DNA of 64,000 nucleotides, taken from the human T2T-CHM13v2.0 reference genome, Homo sapiens. The translations under genes were made by a program, and so were the position numbers. Shown piece by piece: positions 1 through 14,800 of this stretch. The stretch lies in NCBI RefSeq assembly GCF_009914755.1, contig NC_060928.1; one strand, written 5' to 3'. Below the pieces are notes generated by a model that was given only the letters and a program-made list of their open reading frames with translations, was not told the origin of the DNA and searched no databases. Position 1 is the stretch's first letter; each line of letters starts with the position of its first letter.

Positions 1-1721
1 AATAAAAACTAGACAGAAGCATTCTCAGAAACTTATTTGTGATGTGTGTCCTCAACTAACAGAGTTGAACCTTTGTTTTGATACAGCATTTTGGAAACAC
101 TCCTTTTGTAGGATCTGCAGGTGGATATTTGGATAGATTTTAAGATTTCGTTGGAAACGGGAGTTTCTTCATAGAAACTCAAGACAGATGCATTCTCAGA
201 AACATCTCTGTGATGTTTGCATTCCACTCATAGATTTGAAAACTTCCTTTCATAGAGCAGGTTTGAAACACTCTTTTTGTAATATTTGGAAGTGGACATT
301 TGCAGCGCTTTGAGGCCTATGGTGAAAAAGGAAATATCTTCTCATAAAAACCAGAAACAAGCATTCTCAGAAACTTCTTTTTGATGTGTGTACTCAAGTA
401 ACAGAGTTGAACCTTCCTTTTGACACAGCAGTTTTGAAACAATCTTTTTGTAGAATCTGCAAGTGGATATTTGGATAGCTTTGAGGATTTCGTTGGAAAC
501 GGGATATCTTCATATAAAATCTAGACAGAAGCATTCTCAGAAACTTCTTTGTGCTGTATGTCCTCAATTAACAGAGTTGAACCATTGCTTGGATACAGCA
601 TTTTGGAAACATTCCTTGAGTAGAATCTGCAAGTTGATATTTAGATAGATTTGAAGATTTCGTTGGAAAAGGGAATATCTCCATATAAAATCTAGAGGGA
701 AGCATTCTCAGAAACTGCTTTGTGATGTTTCCATTCAAGTCACAGAGTTGAATATTCCCTTTTATAGAGCACGTTTGAAACACTCTTTCTGCACTATCTG
801 GAAGTGGACATTTCGAGCGCTTTGAGGCCTATGGTGAAAAAGGAAATATCTTCCCATAAAAACTAGACAGAAGCATTCTCAGAAACTTGTTTGTGATGTG
901 TGTATTCAACTAACAGAGTTGAACTTTTGTTTTTACAGAGCCGTTTTAAAACACTCTTTTGTGGAATCAGAAAGTGGATATTCGGATGGCTCTGAGGATT
1001 TCGTTGGAAGCGGGATTACATATAAAATCTAGAGAGAAGCATTCTCAGGAACTTCTTTGTGATGTTTGCATTGAAGTCACAGAATTGAACATTCACTTTG
1101 ATAGAGCAGGTTTGAAACACTCATTCTGTAGTATCTGGAAGTGGACATTTCAAGCGCTTTCAGGCCTATGGTGAGAAAGGAAATATCTTCGAATAAAAAC
1201 TAGACAGAAGCATCCTCAGAAACTTATTTGTGATGTGTGTCCTCAACTAACAGAGTTGAAACTTTGTTTTGATACAGCATTTTGGAAACACTCTTTTTGT
1301 AGAATCTGCAGGTGGATATTTGGATAGCTTAGAGGGATTGGTTGGAAAGGGGATATCTTCATATAAAATCTAGACAGAAGCATTCTCAGAAACTTATTTG
1401 TGATGTGTGTCCTCAACTAACAGAGTTGAACCTTGGTTTTGATACAGCATTTTGGAAACACTCCTTTTGTAGAATCTGCAGGTGGATATGTGGATAGCTC
1501 TGAAGATTTCGTTGGAAACGGGAATTTCTTCATATAAAATCAAACAGAAGCATTCTCAGAAACTTCTCAGTGATGTTTGCATTCAGCTCATGGAGTTGAA
1601 CACTTCCTTTCATAGAGCCGGTTTGAAACACTCTTTCTGCACTACCTGGAAGAGGACATTTCGAGCGCTTTGACTCCTATGGTGAAAAAGGAAATATCTT
1701 CTCATAAAAACCAGAAAGAAG
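1..1721 (+). repeat. Partial 12-mer variant HOR (c/j hybrid monomer at 20, then k-s)
   Basis: The monomer at 20 begins c-like (CCTCAACTAACAGAG) and ends j-like (GTAGGATCT...TTTAAGATTTCGTTGGAAACGGGAGTTTC). It is the same junction as at 4610. Confidence 0.85.
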
Positions 1722-4271
1722 CATTCTCAGAAACTTTTTGTGTTGTGTGTACTCATGTAACAGTGTTGAACCTTCCTTTTGACACAGCAGTTTTGAAACA
1801 CTCTTTTGGTAGAATCTGCAAGTGGATATTTGGATAGCTTTGAGGATTTCGTTGGAAACGGGTTATCTTCATATAAAATCCAGACAGGAGCATTCTCAGA
1901 AACTTCTTTGTGCTGCATGTCCTCAATTCACAGAGCTGAACCTTTGTTTGGATACAGCATTTTGGAAACATTCCTTTAGTAGAATCTGCAAGTTGATATT
2001 TAGATAGCTTTGAAGATTTCGTTGGAAACGGGAATATCTTCATAGAAAATCTAGACGGAAGCATTCTCAGAAACTGCTTTGTGATGTTTGCATTCAAGTC
2101 ACAGAGTTGAATATTCCCTTTTATAGAGTAGGTTTGAAACACTCTTTCGGCACTACCTGGAAGTGGATATTTCGAGCTCTTTGAGGCCTATGGTTAAAAG
2201 GAAATATCTTCCCATAAAAACTAGACAGAAGCCGTCTCAGAAACTTGTTTGTGATGTGTGTATTCAACTAACAGAGTTGAACATTTCTGTTACAGAGCAA
2301 TTTTAAAACACTCTTTTTGTGGAATCTGAAAGTGGATAATTGGATAGCTTTGTGGATTTCGTTGGAAACGGGATGACGTATAAAATCTAGAGAGAAGCAT
2401 TCTCAGGAACTTCTTTCTGATGTTTGCATTCAAGTCACAGAATTGAACATTCCTTTTCATAGTGCAGGTTTGAAACACTCTTTCTGTAGTATCTGGAAGT
2501 GGACATTTCAAGCGCTTTCAGGCCTACGGGGAGAAAGGAAATATCTTCAAATAAAAACTAGACAGAAGGATTCTCAGAAACTTATTTGTGATGTGTGTCC
2601 TAAACGAACACAGTTGAACCTTTGTTTTGATACAGCATTTTGGAAACACTCCTTTTGTAGGATCTGCAGGTGGATATTTGGATAGATTTTAAGATTTCGT
2701 TGGAAACGGGAGTTTCTTCATAGAAACTCAAGACAGATGCATTCTCAGAAACATCTCTGTGATGTTTGCATTCCACTCATAGAGTTGAAAACTTCCTTTC
2801 ATAGAGCAGGTTTGAAACACTCTTTTTGTAATATTTGGAAGTGGACATTTGCAGCGCTTTGAGGCCTATGGTGAAAAAGGAAATATCTTCTCATAAAAAC
2901 CAGAAACAAGCATTCTCAGAAACTTCTTTTTGATGTGTGTACTCAAGTAACAGAGTTGAACCTTCCTTTTGACACAGCAGTTTTGAAACAATCTTTTTGT
3001 AGAATCTGCAAGTGGATATTTGGATAGCTTTGAGGATTTCGTTGGAAACGGGATATCTTCATATAAAATCTAGACAGAAGCATTCTCAGAAACTTCTTTG
3101 TGCTGTATGTCCTCAATTAACAGAGTTGAACCATTGCTTGGATACAGCATTTTGGAAACATTCCTTGAGTAGAATCTGCAAGTTGATATTTAGATAGATT
3201 TGAAGATTTCGTTGGAAAAGGGAATATCTCCATATAAAATCTAGAGGGAAGCATTCTCAGAAACTGCTTTGTGATGTTTCCATTCAAGTCACAGAGTTGA
3301 ATATTCCCTTTTATAGAGCACGTTTGAAACACTCTTTCTGCACTATCTGGAAGTGGACATTTCGAGCGCTTTGAGGCCTATGGTGAAAAAGGAAATATCT
3401 TCCCATAAAAATTAGACAGAAGCATTCTCAGAAACTTGTTTGTGATGTGTGTATTCAACTAACAGAGTTGAACTTTTGTTTTTACAGAGCCGTTTTAAAA
3501 CACTCTTTTTGTGGAATCAGAAAGTGGATATTCGGATGGCTCTGAGGATTTCGTTGGAAGCGGGATTACGTATAAAATCTAGAGAGAAGCATTCTCAGGA
3601 ACTTCTTTGTGATGTTTTCATTGAAGTCACAGAATTGAACATTCACTTTGATAGAGCAGGTTTGAAACACTCATTCTGTAGTATCTGGAAGTGGACATTT
3701 CAAGCGCTTTCAGGCCTATGGTGAGAAAGGAAATATCTTCGAATAAAAACTAGACAGAAGCATCCTCAGAAACTTATTTGTGATGTGTGTCCTCAACTAA
3801 CAGAGTTGAAACTTTGTTTTGATACAGCATTTTGGAAACACTCTTTTTGTAGAATCTGCAGGTGGATATTTGGATAGCTTAGAGGGATTCGTTGGAAAGG
3901 GGATATCTTCATATAAAATCTAGACAGAAGCATTCTCAGAAACTTATTTGTGATGTGTGTCCTCAACTAACAGAGTTGAACCTTGGTTTTGATACAGCAT
4001 TTTGGAAACACTCCTTTTGTAGAATCTGCAGGTGGATATGTGGATAGCTCTGAAGATTTCGTTGGAAACGGGAATTTCTTCATATAAAATCAAACAGAAG
4101 CATTCTCAGAAACTTCTCAGTGATGTTTGCATTCAGCTCATGGAGTTGAACACTTCCTTTCATAGAGCCGGTTTGAAACACTCTTTCTGCACTACCTGGA
4201 AGAGGACATTTCGAGCGCTTTGAGTCCTATGGTGAAAAAGGAAATATCTTCTCATAAAAACCAGAAAGAAG
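1722..4271 (+). repeat. 15-mer variant HOR (2,550 bp; four monomers deleted, a/e junction)
   Basis: Monomer s is followed by an a/e hybrid, then f-s. Marker ORF spacing 463->3012 = 2,549. Confidence 0.9.
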
Positions 4272-6311
4272 CATTCTCAGAAACTTCTTTGTGTTGTGTG
4301 TACTCATGTAACAGTGTTGAACCATCCTTTTGACAGAGCAGTTTTGAAACACTCTTTTTGTAGAATCTGAAAGTGGATATTTGGATAGCTTTGAGGATTT
4401 CGTTGGAAACGGGATGACATATAATATCTAGAGAGAAGCATACTCAGGAACTTCTTTGTGATGTTTGCATTCAAGTCACAGAATTGAACATTCCCTTTCA
4501 TAGAGCAGGTTTGAAACACTCTTTCTCTAGTATCTGGAAGTGGGCATTTCAAGCGCTTTCAGGCCTATGGAGAGAAAGGAAATACCTTCAAATAAAAACT
4601 AGACAGAAGCATTCTCAGAAACTTATTTGTGATGTGTGTCCTCAACTAACAGAGTTGAACCTTTGTTTTGATACAGCATTTTGGAAACACTCCTTTTGTA
4701 GGATCTGCAGGTGGATATTTGGATAGATTTTAAGATTTCGTTGGAAACGGGAGTTTCTTCATAGAAACTCAAGACAGATGCATTCTCAGAAACATCTCTG
4801 TGATGTTTGCATTCCACTCATAGATTTGAAAACTTCCTTTCATAGAGCAGGTTTGAAACACTCTTTTTGTAATATTTGGAAGTGGACATTTGCAGCGCTT
4901 TGAGGCCTATGGTGAAAAAGGAAATATCTTCTCATAAAAACCAGAAACAAGCATTCTCAGAAACTTCTTTTTGATGTGTGTACTCGAGTAACAGAGTTGA
5001 ACCTTCCTTTTGACACAGCAGTTTTGAAACAATCTTTTTGTAGAATCTGCAAGTGGATATTTGGATAGCTTTGAGGATTTCGTTGGAAACGGGATATCTT
5101 CATATAAAATCTAGACAGAAGCATTCTCAGAAACTTCTTTGTGCTGTATGTCCTCAATTAACAGAGTTGAACCATTGCTTGGATACAGCATTTTGGAAAC
5201 ATTCCTTGAGTAGAATCTGCAAGTTGATATTTAGATAGATTTGAAGATTTCGTTGGAAAAGGGAATATCTCCATATAAAATCTAGAGGGAAGCATTCTCA
5301 GAAACTGCTTTGTGATGTTTCCATTCAAGTCACAGAGTTGAATATTCCCTTTTATAGAGCACGTTTGAAACACTCTTTCTGCACTATCTGGAAGTGGACA
5401 TTTCGAGCGCTTTGAGGCCTATGGTGAAAAAGGAAATATCTTCCCATAAAAACTAGACAGAAGCATTCTCAGAAACTTGTTTGTGATGTGTGTATTCAAC
5501 TAACAGAGTTGAACTTTTGTTTTTACAGAGCCGTTTTAAAACACTCTTTTGTGGAATCAGAAAGTGGATATTCGGATGGCTCTGAGGATTTCGTTGGAAG
5601 CGGGATTACATATAAAATCTAGAGAGAAGCATTCTCAGGAACTTCTTTGTGATGTTTGCATTGAAGTCACAGAATTGAACATTCACTTTGATAGAGCAGG
5701 TTTGAAACACTCATTCTGTAGTATCTGGAAGTGGACATTTCAAGCGCTTTCAGGCCTATGGTGAGAAAGGAAATATCTTCGAATAAAAACTAGACAGAAG
5801 CATCCTCAGAAACTTATTTGTGATGTGTGTCCTCAACTAACAGAGTTGAAACTTTGTTTTGATACAGCATTTTGGAAACACTCTTTTTGTAGAATCTGCA
5901 GGTGGATATTTGGATAGCTTAGAGGGATTGGTTGGAAAGGGGATATCTTCATATAAAATCTAGACAGAAGCATTCTCAGAAACTTATTTGTGATGTGTGT
6001 CCTCAACTAACAGAGTTGAACCTTGGTTTTGATACAGCATTTTGGAAACACTCCTTTTGTAGAATCTGCAGGTGGATATGTGGATAGCTCTGAAGATTTC
6101 GTTGGAAACGGGAATTTCTTCATATAAAATCAAACAGAAGCATTCTCAGAAACTTCTCAGTGATGTTTGCATTCAGCTCATGGAGTTGAACACTTCCTTT
6201 CATAGAGCCGGTTTGAAACACTCTTTCTGCACTACCTGGAAGAGGACATTTCGAGCGCTTTGACTCCTATGGTGAAAAAGGAAATATCTTCTCATAAAAA
6301 CCAGAAAGAAG
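4272..6311 (+). repeat. 12-mer variant HOR (2,040 bp; a, b, c/j, k-s)
   Basis: Marker spacing 3012->5053 = 2,041. The c/j hybrid breakpoint lies between about 4653 and 4701. Confidence 0.9.
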
Positions 6312-8860
6312 CATTCTCAGAAACTTTTTGTGTTGTGTGTACTCATGTAACAGTGTTGAACCTTCCTTTTGACACAGCAGTTTTGAAACACTCTTTTGGT
6401 AGAATCTGCAAGTGGATATTTGGATAGCTTTGAGGATTTCGTTGGAAACGGGTTATCTTCATATAAAATCCAGACAGGAGCATTCTCAGAAACTTCTTTG
6501 TGCTGCATGTCCTCAATTCACAGAGCTGAACCTTTGTTTGGATACAGCATTTTGGAAACATTCCTTTAGTAGAATCTGCAAGTTGATATTTAGATAGCTT
6601 TGAAGATTTCGTTGGAAACGGGAATATCTTCATAGAAAATCTAGACGGAAGCATTCTCAGAAACTGCTTTGTGATGTTTGCATTCAAGTCACAGAGTTGA
6701 ATATTCCCTTTTATAGAGTAGGTTTGAAACACTCTTTCGGCACTACCTGGAAGTGGATATTTTGAGCTCTTTGAGGCCTATGGTTAAAAGGAAATATCTT
6801 CCCATAAAAACTAGACAGAAGCCGTCTCAGAAACTTGTTTGTGATGTGTGTATTCAACTACCAGAGTTGAACATTTCTGTTACAGAGCAATTTTAAAACA
6901 CTCTTTTTGTGGAATCTGAAAGTGGATAATTGGATAGCTTTGTGGATTTCGTTGGAAACGGGATGACGTATAAAATCTAGAGAGAAGCATTCTCAGGAAC
7001 TTCTTTCTGATGTTTGCATTCAAGTCACAGAATTGAACATTCCTTTTCATAGTGCAGGTTTGAAACACTCTTTCTGTAGTATCTGGAAGTGGACATTTCA
7101 AGCGCTTTCAGGCCTACGGGGAGAAAGGAAATATCTTCAAATAAAAACTAGACAGAAGGATTCTCAGAAACTTATTTGTGATGTGTGTCCTAAACGAACA
7201 CAGTTGAACCTTTGTTTTGATACAGCATTTTGGAAACACTCCTTTTGTAGGATCTGCAGGTGGATATTTGGATAGATTTTAAGATTTCGTTGGAAACGGG
7301 AGTTTCTTCATAGAAACTCAAGACAGATGCATTCTCAGAAACATCTCTGTGATGTTTGCATTCCACTCATAGAGTTGAAAACTTCCTTTCATAGAGCAGG
7401 TTTGAAACACTCTTTTTGTAATATTTGGAAGTGGACATTTGCAGCGCTTTGAGGCCTATGGTGAAAAAGGAAATATCTTCTCATAAAAACCAGAAACAAG
7501 CATTCTCAGAAACTTCTTTTTGATGTGTGTACTCAAGTAACAGAGTTGAACCTTCCTTTTGACACAGCAGTTTTGAAACAATCTTTTTGTAGAATCTGCA
7601 AGTGGATATTTGGATAGCTTTGAGGATTTCGTTGGAAACGGGATATCTTCATATAAAATCTAGACAGAAGCATTCTCAGAAACTTCTTTGTGCTGTATGT
7701 CCTCAATTAACAGAGTTGAACCATTGCTTGGATACAGCATTTTGGAAACATTCCTTTAGTAGAATCTGCAAGTTGATATTTAGATAGATTTGAAGATTTC
7801 GTTGGAAAAGGGAATATCTCCATATAAAATCTAGAGGGAAGCATTCTCAGAAACTGCTTTGTGATGTTTCCATTCAAGTCACAGAGTTGAATATTCCCTT
7901 TTATAGAGCACGTTTGAAACACTCTTTCTGCACTATCTGGAAGTGGACATTTCGAGCGCTTTGAGGCCTATGGTGAAAAAGGAAATATCTTCCCATAAAA
8001 ACTAGACAGAAGCATTCTCAGAAACTTGTTTGTGATGTGTGTATTCAACTAACAGAGTTGAACTTTTGTTTCTACAGAGCCGTTTTAAAACACTCTTTTT
8101 GTGGAATCAGAAAGTGGATATTCGGATGGCTCTGAGGATTTCGTTGGAAGCGGGATTACATATAAAATCTAGAGAGAAGCATTCTCAGGAACTTCTTTGT
8201 GATGTTTGCATTGAAGTCACAGAATTGAACATTCACTTTGATAGAGCAGGTTTGAAACACTCATTCTGTAGTATCTGGAAGTGGACATTTCAAGCGCTTT
8301 CAGGCCTATGGTGAGAAAGGAAATATCTTCGAATAAAAACTAGACAGAAGCATCCTCAGAAACTTATTTGTGATGTGTGTCCTCAACTAACAGAGTTGAA
8401 ACTTTGTTTTGATACAGCATTTTGGAAACACTCTTTTTGTAGAATCTGCAGGTGGATATTTGGATAGCTTAGAGGGATTCGTTGGAAAGGGGATATCTTC
8501 ATATAAAATCTAGACAGAAGCATTCTCAGAAACTTATTTGTGATGTGTGTCCTCAACTAACAGAGTTGAACCTTGGTTTTGATACAGCATTTTGGAAACA
8601 CTCCTTTTGTAGAATCTGCAGGTGGATATGTGGATAGCTCTGAAGATTTCGTTGGAAACGGGAATTTCTTCATATAAAATCAAACAGAAGCATTCTCAGA
8701 AACTTCTCAGTGATGTTTGCATTCAGCTCATGGAGTTGAACACTTCCTTTCATAGAGCCGGTTTGAAACACTCTTTCTGCACTACCTGGAAGAGGACATT
8801 TCGAGCGCTTTTGTCCTATGGTGAAAAAGGAAATATCTTCTCATAAAAACCAGAAAGAAG
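6312..8860 (+). repeat. 15-mer variant HOR (2,549 bp)
   Basis: Same a/e junction and same 1-bp deletion (AAACTTTTTGTG) as the copy at 1722. Confidence 0.9.
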
Positions 8861-11800
8861 CATTCTCAGAAACTTCTTTGTGTTGTGTGTACTCATGTAA
8901 CAGTGTTGAACCATCCTTTTGACAGAGCAGTTTTGAAACACTCTTTTTGTAGAATCTGCAAGTGGATATTTGGATAGCTTTGAGGATTTCGTTGGAAACG
9001 GGATGACATATAATATCTAGAGAGAAGCATACTCAGGAACTTCTTTGTGATGTTTGCATTCAAGTCACAGAATTGAACATTCCCTTTCATAGAGCAGGTT
9101 TGAAACACTCTTTCTCTAGTATCTGGAAGTGGGCATTTCAAGCGCTTTCAGGCCTATGGAGAGAAAGGAAATACCTTCAAATAAAAACTAGACAGAAGCA
9201 TTCTCAGAAACTTATTTGTGATGTGTGTCCTCAACTAACAGAGTTGAACCTTCGTTTTGATACAGCATTTTGGAAACACTCCTTTTGTAGAATCTGCAGG
9301 TGGATATTTGGATAACTTTGAAGATTTCGTTGGAAACCGGAATATCTTCATATAAAATCAAGACAGAAGCATTCTCGGAAACATCTCTGTGATGTTTGCA
9401 TTCAACTCAGTAGAGTTGAACACTTCCTTCCATAGAGCCGGTTTGAAACACTCTTTCTGCACTACCTGGAAGCGGAGATTTCGAGCGCTTTGAGGCCTAT
9501 GGTGAAAAAGGAAATATCTTCTCATAAAAACCAGAAAGAAGCATTCTCAGAAACTTCTTTGTGTTGTGTGTACTCAAGGAACAGTGTTGAACCTTCCTTT
9601 TGACACAGCAGTTTTGAAACACTCTTTTGGTAGAATCTGCAAGTAGATATTTGGATAGCTTTGAGGATTTCATTGGAAACGGGTTATCTTCATATAAAAT
9701 CCAGACAGGAGCATTCTCAGAAACTTCTTTGTGCTGCATGTCCTCAATTCACAGAGCTGAACCTTTGTTTGGATACAGCATTTTGGAAACATTCCTTTAG
9801 TAGAATCTGCAAGTTGATATTTAGATAGCTTTGAAGATTTCGTTGGAAACGGGAATATCTTCATAGAAAATCTAGACGGAAGCATTCTCAGAAACTGCTT
9901 TGTGATGTTTGCATTCAAGTCACAGAGTTGAATATTCCCTTTTATAGAGTAGGTTTGAAACACTCTTTTGGCACTACCTGGAAGTGGATATTTTGAGCTC
10001 TTTGAGGCCTATGGTTAAAAGGAAATATCTTCCCATAAAAACTAGACAGAAGCCGTCTCAGAAACTTGTTTGTGATGTGTGTATTCAACTAACAGAGTTG
10101 AACATTTCTGTTACAGAGCAATTTTAAAACACTCTTTTTGTGGAATCTGAAAGTGGATAATTGGATAGCTTTGTGGATTTCGTTGGAAACGGGATGACGT
10201 ATAAAATCTAGAGAGAAGCATTCTCAGGAACTTCTTTCTGATGTTTGCATTCAAGTCACAGAATTGAACATTCCTTTTCATAGTGCAGGTTTGAAACACT
10301 CTTTCTGTAGTATCTGGAAGTGGACATTTCAAGCGCTTTCAGGCCTACGGGGAGAAAGGAAATATCTTCAAATAAAAACTAGACAGAAGGATTCTCAGAA
10401 ACTTATTTGTGATGTGTGTCCTAAACGAACACAGTTGAACCTTTGTTTTGATACAGCATTTTGGAAACACTCCTTTTGTAGGATCTGCAGGTGGATATTT
10501 GGATAGATTTTAAGATTTCGTTGGAAACGGGAGTTTCTTCATAGAAACTCAAGACAGATGCATTCTCAGAAACATCTCTGTGATGTTTGCATTCCACTCA
10601 TAGAGTTGAAAACTTCCTTTCATAGAGCAGGTTTGAAACACTCTTTTTGTAATATTTGGAAGTGGACATTTGCAGCGCTTTGAGGCCTATGGTGAAAAAG
10701 GAAATATCTTCTCATAAAAACCAGAAACAAGCATTCTCAGAAACTTCTTTTTGATGTGTGTACTCAAGTAACAGAGTTGAACCTTCCTTTTGACACAGCA
10801 GTTTTGAAACAATCTTTTTGTAGAATCTGCAAGTGGATATTTGGATAGCTTTGAGGATTTCGTTGGAAACGGGATATCTTCATATAAAATCTAGACAGAA
10901 GCATTCTCAGAAACTTCTTTGTGCTGTATGTCCTCAATTAACAGAGTTGAACCATTGCTTGGATACAGCATTTTGGAAACATTCCTGGAGTAGAATCTGC
11001 AAGTTGATATTTAGATAGATTTGAAGATTTCGTTGGAAAAGGGAATATCTCCATATAAAATCTAGAGGGAAGCATTCTCAGAAACTGCTTTGTGATGTTT
11101 CCATTCAAGTCACAGAGTTGAATATTCCCTTTTATAGAGCACGTTTGAAACACTCTTTCTGCACTATCTGGAAGTGGACATTTCGAGCGCTTTGAGGCCT
11201 ATGGTGAAAAAGGAAATATCTTCCCATAAAAACTAGACAGAAGCATTCTCAGAAACTTGTTTGTGATGTGTGTATTCAACTAACAGAGTTGAACTTTTGT
11301 TTTTACAGAGCCGTTTTAAAACACTCTTTTTGTGGAATCAGAAAGTGGATATTCGGATGGCTCTGAGGATTTCGTTGGAAGCGGGATTACATATAAAATC
11401 TAGAGAGAAGCATTCTCAGGAACTTCTTTGTGATGTTTGCATTGAAGTCACAGAATTGAACATTCACTTTGATAGAGCAGGTTTGAAACACTCATTCTGT
11501 AGTATCTGGAAGTGGACATTTCAAGCGCTTTCAGGCCTATGGTGAGAAAGGAAATATCTTCGAATAAAAACTAGACAGAAGCATCCTCAGAAACTTATTT
11601 GTGATGTGTGTCCTCAACTAACAGAGTTGAAACTTTGTTTTGATACAGCATTTTGGAAACACTCTTTTTGTAGAATCTGCAGGTGGATATTTGGATAGCT
11701 TAGAGGGATTCGTTGGAAAGGGGATATCTTCATATAAAATCTAGACAGAAGCATTCTCAGAAACATATTTGTGATGTGTGTCCTCAACTAACAGAGTTGA

Positions 11801-14800
11801 ACCTTGGTTTTGATACAGCATTTTGGAAACACTCCTTTTGTAGAATCTGCAGGTGGATATGTGGATAGCTCTGAAGATTTCGTTGGAAACGGGAATTTCT
11901 TCATATAAAATCAAACAGAAGCATTCTCAGAAACTTCTCAGTGATGTTTGCATTCAGCTCATGGAGTTGAACACTTCCTTTCATAGAGCCGGTTTGAAAC
12001 ACTCTTTCTGCACTACCTGGAAGAGGACATTTCGAGCGCTTTTGTCCTATGGTGAAAAAGGAAATATCTTCTCATAAAAACCAGAAAGAAGCATTCTCAG
12101 AAACTTCTTTGTGTTGTGTGTACTCATGTAACAGTGTTGAACCATCCTTTTGACAGAGCAGTTTTGAAACACTCTTTTTGTAGAATCTGCAAGTGGATAT
12201 TTGGATAGCTTTGAGGATTTCGTTGGAAACGGGATGACATATAATATCTAGAGAGAAGCATACTCAGGAACTTCTTTGTGATGTTTGCATTCAAGTCACA
12301 GAATTGAACATTCCCTTTCATAGAGCAGGTTTGAAACACTCTTTCTCTAGTATCTGGAAGTGGGCATTTCAAGCGCTTTCAGGCCTATGGAGAGAAAGGA
12401 AATACCTTCAAATAAAAACTAGACAGAAGCATTCTCAGAAACTTATTTGTGATGTGTGTCCTCAACTAACAGAGTTGAACCTTTGTTTTGATACAGCATT
12501 TTGGAAACACTCCTTTTGTAGAATCTGCAAGTGGATATTTGGATACCTTTGAAGATTTCGTTGGAAACCGGAATATCTTCATATAAAATCAAGACAGAAG
12601 CATTCTCGGAAACATCTCTGTGATGTTTGCATTCAACTCAGTAGAGTTGAACACTTCCTTTCATAGAGCAGGTTTGAAACACTCTTTCTGCACTACCTGG
12701 AAGCGGACATTTCGAGCGCTTTGAGGCCTATGGTGAAAAAGGAAATATCTTCTCATAAAAACCAGAAAGAAGCATTCTCAGAAACTTCTTTGTGTTGTGT
12801 GTACTCAAGTAACAGTGTTGAACCTTCCTTTTGACACAGCAGTTTTGAAACACTCTTTTGGTAGAATCTGCAAGTGGATATTTGGATAGCTTTGAGGATT
12901 TCGTTGGAAACGGGTTATCTTCATATAAAATCCAGACAGGAGCATTCTCAGAAACTTCTTTGTGCTGCATGTCCTCAATTCACAGAGCTGAACCTTTGTT
13001 TGGATACAGCATTTTGGAAACATTCCTTTAGTGGAATCTGCAAGTTGATATTTAGATAGCTTTGAAGATTTCGTTGGAAACGGGAATATCTTCATAGAAA
13101 ATCTAGACGGAAGCATTCTCAGAAACTGCTTTGTGATGTTTGCATTCAAGTCACAGAGTTGAATATTCCCTTTTATAGAGTAGGTTTGAAACACTCTTTC
13201 GGCACTACCTGGAAGTGGATATTTCGAGCTCTTTGAGGCCTATGGTTAAAAGGAAATATCTTCCCATAAAAACTAGACAGAAGCCGTCTCAGAAACTTGT
13301 TTGTGATGTGTGTATTCAACTACCAGAGTTGAACATTTCTGTTACAGAGCAATTTTAAAACACTCTTTTTGTGGAATCTGAAAGTGGATAATTGGATAGC
13401 TTTGTGGATTTCGTTGGAAACGGGATGACGTATAAAATCTAGAGAGAAGCATTCTCAGGAACTTCTTTCTGATGTTTGCATTCAAGTCACAGAATTGAAC
13501 ATTCCTTTTCATAGTGCAGGTTTGAAACACTCTTTCTGTAGTATCTGGAAGTGGACATTTCAAGCGCTTTCAGGCCTACGGGGAGAAAGGAAATATCTTC
13601 AAATAAAAACTAGACAGAAGGATTCTCAGAAACTTATTTGTGATGTGTGTCCTAAACGAACACAGTTGAACCTTTGTTTTGATACAGCATTTTGGAAACA
13701 CTCCTTTTGTAGGATCTGCAGGTGGATATTTGGATAGATTTTAAGATTTCGTTGGAAACGGGAGTTTCTTCATAGAAACTCAAGACAGATGCATTCTCAG
13801 AAACATCTCTGTGATGTTTGCATTCCACTCATAGAGTTGAAAACTTCCTTTCATAGAGCAGGTTTGAAACACTCTTTTTGTAATATTTGGAAGTGGACAT
13901 TTGCAGCGCTTTGAGGCCTATGGTGAAAAAGGAAATATCTTCTCATAAAAACCAGAAACAAGCATTCTCAGAAACTTCTTTTTGATGTGTGTACTCAAGT
14001 AACAGAGTTGAACCTTCCTTTTGACACAGCAGTTTTGAAACAATCTTTTTGTAGAATCTGCAAGTGGATATTTGGATAGCTTTGAGGATTTCGTTGGAAA
14101 CGGGATATCTTCATATAAAATCTAGACAGAAGCATTCTCAGAAACTTCTTTGTGCTGTATGTCCTCAATTAACAGAGTTGAACCATTGCTTGGATACAGC
14201 ATTTTGGAAACATTCCTTGAGTAGAATCTGCAAGTTGATATTTAGATAGATTTGAAGATTTCGTTGGAAAAGGGAATATCTCCATATAAAATCTAGAGGG
14301 AAGCATTCTCAGAAACTGCTTTGTGATGTTTCCATTCAAGTCACAGAGTTGAATATTCCCTTTTATAGAGCACGTTTGAAACACTCTTTCTGCACTATCT
14401 GGAAGTGGACATTTCGAGCGCTTTGAGGCCTATGGTGAAAAAGGAAATATCTTCCCATAAAAACTAGACAGAAGCATTCTCAGAAACTTGTTTGTGATGT
14501 GTGTATTCAACTAACAGAGTTGAACTTTTGTTTTTACAGAGCCGTTTTAAAACACTCTTTTTGTGGAATCAGAAAGTGGATATTCGGATGGCTCTGAGGA
14601 TTTCGTTGGAAGCGGGATTACATATAAAATCTAGAGAGAAGCATTCTCAGGAACTTCTTTGTGATGTTTGCATTGAAGTCACAGAATTGAACATTCACTT
14701 TGATAGAGCAGGTTTGAAACACTCATTCTGTAGTATCTGGAAGTGGACATTTCAAGCGCTTTCAGGCCTATGGTGAGAAAGGAAATATCTTCGAATAAAA

